Shown: positions 1 through 12,352, numbered from the stretch's first letter. The stretch: 32,000 nucleotides of DNA from Acaryochloris marina S15 (GCF_018336915.1 NZ_CP064924.1:1-32000), one strand, 5' to 3'. Made by a program: numbers and translations. The notes: a model not told the origin generated them from the sequence alone.

Positions 1-1290
1 TTGCCACAATCTTGATTTCACTATTTGGAAGTAATCAGTTGTCCTTCAGCATTGCGAATCTGCGTTATCCGCAAATTCAGTGTTTCAACTGTTCCAGTAA
101 AACCCTCCACTTTAATGATGTCACCCACTCCAAACTGATCTTCTGCAATGACAAGAAACCCATTAATTGCATCTTTGATGATGCCTTGTGATGCTAGAGA
201 GATGGCCACACGATGAGACCAACTCCGGCCAATAAGGGGCCAACATCAACTTTGAACAAGATCAAAATCACAATAATACCGATACTCCCCCAAATCGGAA
301 TTGCAATTCCCTTAACGACCCTAGTAATCGTTGAGATTCTCAACTGCAATCGTCTTGATACAATCGGCGTTAATAACGGACTCACAGTTAAGGCTAGGGC
401 AAAACGATTGATGAGAGCCCAGCTGAACCGCCCATGAAGTAAGTGCATACTCCCACTAAAGAGACTGTAAGGGGCAAGGATAAGCTTCTTAGAATCCAAA
501 TTTTAATCGGACGAGTATACGGAAATCGATCCATGCAGATCAGCACTCCAGCAAACCAGATTGAAACGTGGCCCAAACTAAGGACTTGGCGAAGTAGAGT
601 ATTTAGCCCATCCCAAGAATTCAATGTAGGGAGTCGGGTCATAAAGTCAACGGTACTAGCCGTATTGCCCTTGGAAGAACGATATAACCGTCTTTGAAGT
701 AGACAGATAAGACCATTGATGATCAATACAGCGAACAAAATCCCAGATAAAAGTATCCCCTTGTTTCAAGTATTGGGGGGCGCTCAGTCCTAGATTGCTT
801 CAAGGCTGAAATGACAATGTTTTGGATATCAGTGGTTAAGGCACCAGAGTCAACTGCACGTAGATTCGTGTCAAGGGAAGTAATCGTAATTAGATTCTGA
901 TTATTGACGCTTAGAACGGGTAAATTATTGAGGGTTTAATCTCTACTTGAGGTTCAACCTGATCTGAGGTGAGGTAATTTCGCTGAATTTTCTGCAGGTT
1001 TTCCTGCACGATCTGTTTGCGCTCAGAGATAAGATTTCGGGCCGCAGCAATTTGAAATAATCGCCTCCCATCTAGCCAAATCCAATCCGTAGAGATTTGG
1101 CTAGAAAAGCTATTTAGCTCTTCATCTTGAGGATTTTGAGACGTTGATTCTGCAGCGAGCTGTTCAGTGGAATTGAGAAAGGGTACTGAGCAGCGCTGGG
1201 ATGATGCAGCATAATGCTATCGTTAACAACCCTAGAAGCAGATGAAGGATAGAACTTGATTTAGCTTTTTCTCTCTTGAATAAATCCTAG
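1..1290 (-). pseudogene. MscS-family mechanosensitive channel, decayed by multiple frameshifts and stops; 3' end runs off the window start
   Basis: The minus-strand ORF fragments 21-209, 194-499 and 394-738 read as consecutive MscS TM/beta-domain sequence (..GDIIKVEGFTGTVETLNLRITQIRNAEGQLIT). After a further frame change, LPNSEIKIVA is readable at 1-35. The minus strand of about 780-1240 reads as the N-terminal domain (WIWLDGRRLFQIAAARNLISERKQIVQENL ... SVNNQNLITITSLD) but is interrupted by stops. The upstream boundary is approximate. Confidence 0.72.
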
Positions 1291-1524
1291 TAAAGCTAAT
1301 AAATAATGATTTAGAAATGCTGCTAACTCCTTGTCTGAAAAAGCCTAAAACTAGTCTAGAGCTAGTCTAAAACATCATCCCTAATCCTTCCTGAAGGCTA
1401 GGAAACCTTGTAGGGCTTCAGTCCAGGTAGAGTAAGTCCTTTGCCTATGAATTTTCTACAACTTCCAGAATATGGCATGATCAAAACTATCCTGCTCAGT
1501 TTCTACGTTCAGTAGACAGTAGTT

Positions 1525-1779
1525 TTGCCCTATCGCTCAATGATCATTCATATGCCAATACTCGTTATTTTCGCCCTTATTATCTCGTTAATAGCAATTC
1601 TATTTGCATTGCAAAATTCCTATACGATACTCGTTAGTTTTTTAGTTTGGCAGTTCGATGGGTCTTTAGCATTAGTTTTGCTTCTAACCCTTGCTCTTGG
1701 GCTACGGTGTACACATAAGTCATTTCTGGTAAGCGACCATGGTCGCTTACGATATTTGAGTGACCCCAGAATCTGTTAG
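1525..1779 (+). CDS. small LapA/DUF1049-like inner-membrane protein, probably disrupted at its 3' end
   Basis: This is an 84-aa ORF. The two hydrophobic helices (..ILFALQNSYTILVSFLVWQFDGSLALVLLLTLALGL) fit the LapA-domain pattern. The resemblance is lost after about aa 60, just upstream of the 22-bp palindrome at 1729. Confidence 0.4.
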   Translation: MPYRSMIIHMPILVIFALIISLIAILFALQNSYTILVSFLVWQFDGSLALVLLLTLALGLRCTHKSFLVSDHGRLRYLSDPRIC

Positions 1780-1826
1780 AACGAGCTCTGATTGATGAAC
1801 CATAACCCATCACCATGGTCGCTTAC
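1729..1826. repeat. perfect 22-bp palindrome plus a second copy of its right half 62 bp downstream
   Basis: GTAAGCGACCATGGTCGCTTAC lies at 1729-1750, and CCATGGTCGCTTAC recurs at 1813-1826. Both were read directly from the sequence. Confidence 0.8.
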
Positions 1827-1843
1827 TATGCATGCTCTAATAT

Positions 1844-4621
<2,778 letters not shown>

Positions 4622-4691
4622 GATGATTTTCCCTTTGACCAGAAGTATCTTGATCAGTTTTATTCAGTCATGTTGAGTAATTTTTCTTAAC

Positions 4692-5693
4692 TCACAGATA
4701 ATCAGCGATTGCTGGTTTATGCTTTTGTAGGCGTTTAAGAGCATCCATTTGCAATTGGCGGACTCGTTCGCTGCTGATATCCATACGACGGCCTACAGCA
4801 GCGAGGGAGAGTTGACGATCATCGATCAACCCATAGCGCAGGGTGAGTACTTCTCGCTGCTGAGGAGTGAGGGTGGTTAACAACTGCTGGAGAGACTCAC
4901 TCAGGGTTTTGCCCGTGACAAATTCTTCCGGTAGGGGATTGGATGCCTCGATGAAGTCTACGATAGAGTTATCTTGATCATCACCAATTTTCAGATCGAT
5001 AGACAGAGTGTGGTGTGAAAGTTGAAGATATTCTCGAACTTTTTCTGGAGGCAAGGACAGAGCTTGAGCAATCTCTGATGTTGTGGGCTGCGGCCTAAAG
5101 ATTGAGATAGTTCTCGCTGGGCTCGCTTGATCTTATTGAAGTATTCCGTCAGATAAATGGGAAGACGGATGGTGCGACTCTGATCTGCGATCGCGCGCGT
5201 AATTCCCTGGCGAATCCACCAGTAGGCATAGGTCGAGAAGCGAAAACCTCGTTGAGGGTCATATTTCTCCGCTGCTCTTTCAAGCCCCAAGGTTCCCTCT
5301 TGAATCAAATCCAGGAATTCCAAGTTATGGTCTTTGTACTTTTTAGCAATGGTCACGACTAGACGAAGATTTCCCGTAATCATGGCCTGCTTGGCTTTTT
5401 TGCCCTGATCTAGCTTGGCTTCGAGTTCCGACACCTCCAGATCAGCAGCCTCGGCCAAGTCTCCATAGAAGGCTCTACTTCGTTATCCTGAGCCAACTTT
5501 TGTTTCAGCCCTGCAATTCCATCATCGCTTGGACTTCTCTACCAAACTGCAATTCCTGAGTGGGTGTCAGCAAGGGATATCGGCCAATCTCTCGAAGATA
5601 TAGGCGGACGTTATCTGTCATCCCCCTCTGCTTATGACCACGATGTGAAGTTTTGGGAGGAGGGCGAAGGGTCTGAGTTGTCATAACATTCAT
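4692..5693 (-). pseudogene. sigma-70 family (group 2/3-like) RNA polymerase sigma factor, at least 3 frameshifts
   Basis: Fragment 5505-5693 carries region 1.2 (VRLYLREIGRYPLLTPTQELQFGREVQ). Fragment 4991-5458 carries regions 2-3 ([60 protein letters not shown]). Fragment 4692-5054 carries region 4 (REVLTLRYGLIDDRQLSLAAVGRRMDISSERVRQLQ). The linker [19 protein letters not shown] is readable only in a third frame at about 5455-5510. Confidence 0.88.
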
Positions 5694-6150
5694 CTCAACT
5701 TTGATGGGATATGGATTAGAGTGCTTCGAAAATCAGGAATTGAGTATTTATGAATTTCAGAGATCAGCCTTTGAATCGACAGGGTTCTTAGCCCAGGCTC
5801 AATTTGATTCAAGCAATAGGTCTATTGGGAAAAATGGCAATGCTGAGTGTATTTCCCGTTCAATATCAGAATCTAGGTCATACCCCTATTAAATTAGGGT
5901 TTTACCCCCTTGGGATCGGCCCTCGGACTCAAAAAAAGAGTCTGAACTCATCCAAAGGGACTAGTCCGATCGAGAGTTGACGTATTTACCTGGGTGCAAC
6001 GTGAGTTCGACGCTAGACAATAGCAGCAGGCAAAGCTTTTAGTTCATCGGGAGTTAAATCTAACGACGGTTTCATTGGATGATAGGAGTAAGCAATCAAG
6101 CCCCCAGAAGATTGGCTAAGAAATTGAACCCACTGCGATGCCTTGAATGC

Positions 6151-7374
6151 TCGGTAGTTAGGTGAGATTATCTCAGCCCCTCTAGCTAAGGGAAGCTCAA
6201 AAAAGGTATTGCTGAAGGGAGTTATTGAGCCAAGATACTCCCATGGAAGAGAAAAAAAGGCCATTACTTTCAGAGCTAGCTTGCGTGAACTCTAACTGTG
6301 AAAGCTATGGTCAAGCGGGCCTTGAGAATTTAACAGTACGTAAAGTCTACGGACAAGATCGAATACGGTATCTGCGCTGTCATAGCTGTGGAGCAGAGTT
6401 CAGTGAACGCAAGAACACTGCCTTTTGGAATACAAAAATCCCTGAATCTCGAGCAATAGAAGTAGGTCGTCAAATTGCAGAAGGAACGTCTATCAAAGGA
6501 ACATCACGTCTGACCTACACCCATCCGGATACGGTGAAACGTTTGACCCTCAAATTTGGTCAGCATGCCCAGGACTTTCATGAGCAAGAAGCTCAGCAAT
6601 TGGATATCGACGTATTAGAGATGGACGAGCGTCATGGATACGTCGCCAGCAAAAAGCAGCAGTGTTGGGATGCGGTATCCATTGATGCCGCCAGTAAATT
6701 CATTGTCCACGTGGCCGTTGGTCCCCGTAACACAGACCTGATAGAAAGGCTGATGCAAGGCAGTCACAGACGACTAGCTCATCCCCAAGACCTGGTGCTG
6801 ATGACCGATGGAGAAGCGAGTTATCGCACTCTCTTTCCGGTCATCTTCGGGGTGTCTTACCTCCCCCCGTCAAAGCACGATGGGTCGACCTCCCAACCCC
6901 AAGTATCGGATTCCTCGAACCCTTGCCCACGTCCAAGTCATCAAGCATCGTCAGGGACAAAAGTTAGAAGCCGTAGAGGTGAGCAAAGCTCATGGGAGCT
7001 GGCAACGGATCAATCAAGCGCTAGATGAAATAGGGTACAACATTCCCAACACCTCAACTGTGGAGCGTTTCAATGGCACTGCACGACGGATGAATGCTCA
7101 TCAAGTCAGACGCTCACTTGCTTTCGCTCATCGCAGTAATACTCGTCAGGCCGTTGCTTGGTGGAGTGCTACAGTTTACAACTGGGTGAGAGAGCATCGC
7201 AGTTTACGAACTCCTCTAGAAGTACCCGAGGGTAAAAAGCGCTTTCAACAGAGAACTCCTGCCATGGCAGTTGGATTAACTGAACACATTTGGACCGAAG
7301 CTCAGATCCTCAGAGCACCGGTTTATATGGCTTCTACAGAATAGGGGGCTGAGATAATCTCACCTGACTACCGA
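6151..7374 (+). mobile_element. IS1-family insertion sequence (1224 bp) with 30-bp terminal inverted repeats
   Basis: TCGGTAGTTAGGTGAGATTATCTCAGCCCC at 6151-6180 matches the reverse complement of 7345-7374 with one mismatch. These repeats enclose the transposase reading frames. I could not see a flanking target duplication. Confidence 0.82.
6225..7344 (+). pseudogene. IS1-family transposase, split into two frames at a C6 run
   Basis: ORF 6225-7028 has an N-terminal CxxC..CxxC zinc finger, an HTH and ..MDERHGYV..VLMTDGEASY. ORF 6808-7344 continues in the next frame (..MGRPPNPKYRIPRTLAHVQVIKHRQG..VERFNGTARR). Sense is restored by removing one C from the CCCCCC run at 6863-6868. Confidence 0.8.
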
Positions 7375-7435
7375 ATATCGATGGGTACCTTTTATTGGAA
7401 ATTAATCAAAAGAATCAAAATTGTTGATACATGTA

Positions 7436-7481
7436 GGGTGTTTTTGCATAAGCCCCTAACGGAATCTATGCAAAAACACCC
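7436..7481 (-). terminator. 15-bp perfect hairpin downstream of the 147-aa pentapeptide gene
   Basis: GGGTGTTTTTGCATA (7436-7450) pairs with TATGCAAAAACACCC (7467-7481) across a 16-nt loop. It lies about 20 nt 3' of the minus-strand stop at 7503. The stem is AT-rich and has no clean U-tract, so the terminator role is tentative. Confidence 0.35.
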
Positions 7482-7502
7482 AAGATCTAAAAACTCTAGA
7501 TC

Positions 7503-7946
7503 TCATCTTGGATGAGGTTTAGGAAGCCATTTAGGATCAATCTTAGTTTCTTCAAAAAGAATAGCACCGAAGAGTTCGGCACGTCTGAGGTTGACATTCG
7601 TGAAATCGGTATTGAAGAGGTGGGCACCAAAAAGGTTGGCACCAACGAGGTTCGCATTGTTGAGTTTTGCACTGCTTAGTTTTGCACGGGTGAGGTTCGC
7701 ATCGTTGAGCTTTGCATCGCTAAGGTCGGCACTGCGGAGATCGGCACCGTTGAGTTTTGCACTGCTTAGTTTTGCATTGTGGAGGTCGGCACTGTGGAGG
7801 TTGGCACCGCTGAGGTCAGCACCGCTGAGATTTATCTCCTGATTAGGATTCTCCTCACGCCACTGGTTCCAAGCATCTGGCCCTCCCCGCAAAATCTCAA
7901 GTAAGTCGAAATTCCCAGAACCAAACCTGAGTAAAGCTCTAACCAT
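7503..7946 (-). CDS. pentapeptide-repeat protein (147 aa)
   Basis: The ORF is intact. Its N-terminus ..WNQWREENPNQEINLSGADLSGANL is followed by about 16 A(D/N)LxX pentapeptides. Confidence 0.85.
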   Translation of the reverse strand: MVRALLRFGSGNFDLLEILRGGPDAWNQWREENPNQEINLSGADLSGANLHSADLHNAKLSSAKLNGADLRSADLSDAKLNDANLTRAKLSSAKLNNANLVGANLFGAHLFNTDFTNVNLRRAELFGAILFEETKIDPKWLPKPHPR

Positions 7947-8115
7947 GTCTTTCCACCTTCAGAAATCATTGTTCGCCAAGTACCCTTATTTCTCAATATA
8001 AACCCCACCCCCATAGAACGCTCCCCGCTGCACCACCTGAAACCCACTAGGTATCCCCACTTACTCCCTTCCCGCTGTAAAATCGAGAAGAAAGTAAATA
8101 GACGCAGTGAACTGA

Positions 8116-8688
8116 ACACAAGCCTTTCGAGATAAGCCTTTTGATGTAGATGAGTGGCAGAAATTCTACAATCGCAATCAACAACAATACATTCGCCAGC
8201 GATTAACCGCTATTAAACTCCTGCATGAAGGACAGAGTCGTGCCCAAGCGAGTAAGCAAGTAGGGTGTCGCTATGACACTTTAACGTGTTGGATAGACAA
8301 ATTTCTCGACGGCGGACTGAGAGGTTTAGTCCAACCCATTCGACATCGAAAACCAAGTCGGTTGCCTCCAGAACAACAACAGCAACTCAAAGAAATGGTG
8401 CTAACACAACACCCGACAGACTATGGCATTGATCGCAATATGTGGACGGGGGCTATTTTGTCAGTTGTAATTGAGCAACGCTTCGAGGTGCAGTTGAAAG
8501 ACTCTCGTATTTATGAATTGCTCTCGGAGTTGGGGTTGTCTTACCAGCGAGCCCACCGCGACTATGCAAATGCTGATCCGCAAGCCCAGCAAGAATGGGT
8601 AGCAGCAGTAAAAAAACTGCAATCGCTACAACCAGGTGAGCACATCGTATTTTTTGATGAGTTTGCTGTCTCTGAGCGTCCCAATTTA
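8116..8688 (+). pseudogene. IS630-family transposase, 5' part (HTH domains up to the first catalytic D)
   Basis: The frame is open from 8116 (..QRLTAIKLLHEGQSRAQASKQVGCRYDTLTCWIDKF..HIVFFDEFAVSERPNL). There is no ATG near the 5' end. The reading breaks exactly at the inserted IS. Confidence 0.8.
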
Positions 8689-10438
8689 GGGTATCAATTT
8701 AAGCCGGGAAAATAGCTTGGGTTAAAGGGTTAGGCCGTTTTTTCATTGAGGACTGACGTGCCACTGGCAATTCCCCCATAGAGTTAACAACCGACTCAAA
8801 CACATCAGGAAAAGGATGCCCAAAAAGCCGTTGTGCTGCGGTGGTCCCATCTGCTCTTTTGAGGTCAAAATTATGGATGATGGTGAGCACTTTCAAGGAT
8901 TCTTCCGAAAACCCTCGGGCTGCATGATGCAATCGGGATAGATAACCATTACGTCCTTCAACTGCGGAGGAAGTCCGTTGATACTTCGTACTCATCCATT
9001 GCGCCCAGTCTACCCACTCCTGGCTTTCTTGAGAGTTCATTTGTTGAGTCATGGGGTGCTTGAGTAACCGGGCATAAGCTTGTTCAGTCGCCTTTCGATA
9101 ATCTGCCTTGAGTAGAGGATGCCGAGTTTTGTCCGTTTGCTGTTGCCAATAAGCCCAGGGTAATAGGTACATGAGTACCCAGTTTTGTAGATCGAGATCA
9201 TCTGTGGCTACCTTTAGCGCTTGAGTCACCCATTGCCACCAAGCATGAATCCCCTGAGCCATTGAAGGAATTTGTTGTTGGAATGAGTCAATGGCTTTGC
9301 TCCCCTTCTGAGCACCATAGGTTTTGGCTAGGGTAGACATCTGGGCGAGGGGAGCATTCAACCCAGCCGATAGATCATCAAACAGCTGCCATTCCAAAGT
9401 CTTGATATTAAACGGATGAATGACTTGGGTAAGGCGATGAAGAACCTGATGATAGGCCATCTTGTCCTGCTCTAAAGACTGTTGCTGAGCAGAAATCTCC
9501 GCCTTTGATTGTTGGAGTTGTTGCTGTTTAGCCTCACTACGAACGTTGAGAAGTTGCTGTTGAAGTACAGTCGCTTTTTTGTTCAACTGACTCATTTGAC
9601 GACCCATATCACTGCCGATAGGTTGGGCTAAGGCACTCAGGGCATGGAATAAATCAGAAACACTGACACAGCCTAAGCCTGATACAGCTAATTTAATCAG
9701 GGCTGGAGCACCATCACTCACCATAAAATGACAATGCCATCCACAGCGGGTCCACCACTGCTGAATCTGGGCTTGCCAGGTTGCATAAGTACGGTTGGGA
9801 CGTTCCACCTCTGTGAAGATAAAGCCACTAGCCAATTCCAACATCACCAAGATAGGTAAACCAAAAAAGGTTTCGTCCCCACCGACACAGATGCCCTGAC
9901 CGTCTTTGGGTTGGCAATGCTCTTGCTGGGCGACTTCATAGGCGATAATCGCATCCCGCATCTTCCGTTTCAACAGCCGAAGGGAGCTGGCTGAAACGCC
10001 CACATGAGCATCTATGTGAATCGCTGTAAAAAATTCTGATAGACTCTCAGCTCCTACCCCATGTTTGACGCCGAAATAGTACACCACTCCTAAGACCATC
10101 ACTCTGAGCCATTGACTCCCTGTCTGACTTTCCCACCATAGTGACTCTGGATATTGGTTACGCCGAGCGATAGCCTGTTGATGACGATGAACACTGCTTT
10201 TTGATAGACCTGTCGCAGCAGCAATTTTCGCAATCCCTTTTACTCCCTGTTCGAACAGACAATCAGTGACGGCTTGGCAGCGCTCTCGTATTGTCAGGCT
10301 CATCGTTTCCTCTGTTGACTTGCAAAGGTACGATACAGCTCTTTGTGACTAACCGCAGATATCTTGCCTATTTCATCTACAAAAGAGTGCGATCCTATCT
10401 GAAAATACTCAAATCTTTTCCCGCTTTATGCTGGTAGC
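8689..10438 (-). mobile_element. 1.75-kb IS of unclassified family, inserted into the IS630 transposase gene
   Basis: The imperfect terminal inverted repeats are GGGTATCAATTTAAGCCGGGAAAA (8689-) and the reverse complement of ..CTTTTCCCGCTTTATGCTGGTAGC(C) (-10438/9), with about 17 of 24 positions matching. A direct repeat (C)CCAATTTA lies at 8680-8688 and 10439-10447. Removing the element and one repeat copy restores ..SERPNLFYGWAERN.. in frame. Confidence 0.85.
8699..10303 (-). CDS. putative DDE transposase (534 aa) with an N-terminal HTH and a Q-rich coiled-coil insert
   Basis: The ORF is intact and fills the IR-bounded element. The HTH is (GLSKSSVHRHQQAIARRN). Candidate acidic motifs are GGDETFF, MVSDGAPAL and SSAVEGRNGYLS. 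The family was not recognised with certainty. Confidence 0.6.
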   Translation of the reverse strand: MSLTIRERCQAVTDCLFEQGVKGIAKIAAATGLSKSSVHRHQQAIARRNQYPESLWWESQTGSQWLRVMVLGVVYYFGVKHGVGAESLSEFFTAIHIDAHVGVSASSLRLLKRKMRDAIIAYEVAQQEHCQPKDGQGICVGGDETFFGLPILVMLELASGFIFTEVERPNRTYATWQAQIQQWWTRCGWHCHFMVSDGAPALIKLAVSGLGCVSVSDLFHALSALAQPIGSDMGRQMSQLNKKATVLQQQLLNVRSEAKQQQLQQSKAEISAQQQSLEQDKMAYHQVLHRLTQVIHPFNIKTLEWQLFDDLSAGLNAPLAQMSTLAKTYGAQKGSKAIDSFQQQIPSMAQGIHAWWQWVTQALKVATDDLDLQNWVLMYLLPWAYWQQQTDKTRHPLLKADYRKATEQAYARLLKHPMTQQMNSQESQEWVDWAQWMSTKYQRTSSAVEGRNGYLSRLHHAARGFSEESLKVLTIIHNFDLKRADGTTAAQRLFGHPFPDVFESVVNSMGELPVARQSSMKKRPNPLTQAIFPA

Positions 10439-10447
10439 CCCAATTTA

Positions 10448-10987
10448 TTCTATGGCTGGGCAGAACGCAATACTCGTCCAGAGGTTCCGAGCAATACTCG
10501 TCCAGAGGTTCCGAGCAATGAGCGGGCTCGCAAGAAACTCAACGGTTTCCTTTGTGTTGATGCCCATAGTGGCGAGGAGTATTTTGGAATAAGCCCATAT
10601 TCCAAAACAGAAGATGTATCAGAGTACTTTGCAGACCTATGCTCCGAATGCGTTGAATCAGGCTACACTCAACTGTGCATTATTCTCGATAACAATCCGA
10701 CTCATAAGCTCAAAATGCAGTCCCAGCTGGCTGTTCATCTAGAGCAAATGGGACTGGCCCAATCGATTCAAGTTGAGTTTTTGTATCTGCCGTCCTACTC
10801 TCCCAAGCTAAACTTGGTCGAATATGTGATTCACTTACTGAGATTGCGATTGCTGCATCATCTCCCCATTGGAACGACACTTCCGCAAATCAGACAACAG
10901 TTCATTCAGTTCATTACTTCAAACCAGTTTCTATCGGCAGCACAAGTCCAAAAAACGCTTAATCATATCTTTTCACTCGCGCCCTAA
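10448..10987 (+). pseudogene. IS630-family transposase, 3' part
   Basis: FYGWAERN..GFLCVDAHSGE..CIILDNNPTHK..LYLPSYSPKLNLVEYV carries the second D and the E of the DDE triad. It continues the frame of 8116-8688 once the nested IS is removed. Confidence 0.8.
10469..10516 (+). repeat. perfect 2 x 24-bp tandem duplication inside the IS630 transposase gene
   Basis: AATACTCGTCCAGAGGTTCCGAGC occurs twice back to back. This gives an in-frame duplication of NTRPEVPS. Confidence 0.9.
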
Positions 10988-11211
10988 TCTTATGCCGGGA
11001 AGGGAGTAGATGGCATCTACCCATAAACCAAATGCTTTGCTTGGTTAGCGTCACAGCTCAGAAGCATCCAAACTCTTCAGATCGAACAAAAGACCAGCCC
11101 GACCAGAACCACCAGCGAACACCGGAATCTCCAAAGTCAATCGGGGAAAGAATTCTAGAGACGAGTCTGGGAGAGTCATTTTTTCGTGTAAGTTTTTGTG
11201 TAATACAGATT

Positions 11212-11700
11212 TTGGTAGAAAATCTGGAATTAAAATCCTCGATCTAATCTAGTGATCTGCAAGTTCATGCTCTGTGGTGCAAATTATTGTGTGTTTGGCT
11301 CAACATGCCGACTTGCTGCCTATGGCTTTCCAATAGCAACGGAAAAATTTAGCCGGTAGACTAAGAGTTAAGCCGTGAAAGCTAGCGGTAATAAGTTCTT
11401 CAAGACTTCTTGTTTTTAGCGCTGCAGCTTTCAGAATAGTCTGTACTGAATATATTCTACTGTCCGATCTTGACCTGTAAATGGAACAGTACAAACCTCT
11501 ATTTCATTCCCCATAAGGGTTTCAATGTAGAAGCTCATAATTGCCCAAACATCCTAAATGGGACAGTCTGATCCCTACCGGCTAAATTTTTCCGTTGCTA
11601 TTGGAAAGCCCCTATGCTCAATTTTCCTGGAGCCAGTTCACTAGATCAGCAGATTCCGTAAAGTCGAGCAATGCCTCACCAAGAGTTTAGAGTTGATAGA
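11212..11700 (+). pseudogene. decayed leader plus 5' remnant of a third tyrosine-recombinase copy
   Basis: Region 11212-11320 aligns by eye with 21433-21540, which is the leader and first codons of the 21504 integrase. The ATG is replaced by ATT here. After the MITE, 11655-11690 (RKVEQCLTKSLE) aligns with 21633-21668 (RQVRIEQFLTLKNL). Similarity ends near 11700. Confidence 0.5.
11324..11610. mobile_element. 287-bp MITE-like element
   Basis: The terminal inverted repeats are a perfect 36 bp (GGCTTTCCAATAGCAACGGAAAAATTTAGCCGGTAG at 11324-11359, with its reverse complement at 11575-11610). The element is flanked by the direct repeat CCTAT (11319-11323 and 11611-11615). It has no credible coding capacity. 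Confidence 0.75.
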
Positions 11701-11783
11701 GGGAGAGGGACTGGATTTGCGATCTCAATTATGGGGAAACGTCACCGATGTGTCGATTGAGTAGACGAAGGATGAGCGACTAT

Positions 11784-12118
11784 GGAAGCGCAATAGATTA
11801 TATTGAAGTATAATACTACAGAGAGTTTAGAGTTCAAAATACCTTTTGTAACCTAAATGATAGTTAAGAAGGAAGAAAGGCTAATACCAATTACCCAGCA
11901 AAATGACCTATATTGACACTCAAAAGTACTGCAAACTGGTTGCTCTCCAAAATTGAGTAGTTCATTCCTTCAAGCAATTGGTATAAAACAGCGCAACACC
12001 AATATTTTTGAACATCTACAAAATGAACAAATACTCTGTAAGGGTATTCTGCTCTATGTAATTCTAGGTTTATAAATAAACCATACTACCATGCTTCAAC
12101 ATAATCTATTACGCTTCC
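11784..12118. repeat. inverted-repeat-bounded 335-bp AT-rich segment (possible second MITE)
   Basis: GGAAGCGCAATAGATTATATTGAAG (11784-11808) matches the reverse complement of CTTCAACATAATCTATTACGCTTCC (12094-12118) at 23 of 25 positions. No target duplication was seen. Confidence 0.45.
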
Positions 12119-12352
12119 AGTACTTTGACAGGAATTCAGTCAAACAACTTGAGTGAAAACGGATTTTTCAAAATTTAAAGCATCTTATTGAGTTGTATTC
12201 AGGGTCAATTAGTTTCTATAACCTTCGATGTGAATATACTTAAGCCTCTATGATACCAAATTACTAGAGCCGGGAACATATACCGACTTCTGAGGGAATA
12301 CTGAATTTAACATGAAATATACAAATAAAAGCATCCAATAATTCTTAAATAT

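Larger units (their letters stand above)
8062..11008 (+). mobile_element. IS630/Tc1-mariner-family element, interrupted by a second IS
   Basis: The ends are TA-CTCCCTTCCCGC.. at 8062 and ..GCCGGGAAGGGAG-TA ending at 11008, which are inverted and flanked by or including TA. The interior encodes an IS630-type DDE transposase in two pieces. Confidence 0.8.

Noticed and set aside
5701-5892. The 63-aa plus-strand ORF upstream of the sigma-factor pseudogene
   Set aside because: It lies in intergenic or promoter DNA, with no start context or motifs.
6013-6264. The 83-aa minus-strand ORF treated as a gene
   Set aside because: Its 5' part runs through the IS1-family terminal repeat, so it is chimeric. 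At best, 6013-6150 is the 3' fragment of a gene destroyed by the IS, and I could not identify it.
6808-7028. A programmed -1 ribosomal frameshift of the IS1 InsA/InsB type
   Set aside because: The downstream frame is +1/-2 relative to the upstream frame, and there is no A-rich slippery heptamer. A one-base change in a C6 run explains it.
7591-7842. The 83-aa plus-strand ORF (LSFALLSFA...)
   Set aside because: It is an antisense shadow of the 147-aa pentapeptide-repeat gene.
7832-8119. The 95-aa minus-strand ORF
   Set aside because: It spans the IS630 left terminal repeat and flank, has no motifs, and is Trp/Arg/Gly-rich. It is likely spurious.
11032-11494. The 71-aa plus ORF (11032-11247) and the 64-aa minus ORF (11300-11494)
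   Set aside because: The first lies in IS flank or integrase-leader remnant DNA with no motifs. The second lies inside the MITE and overlaps its left terminal repeat.
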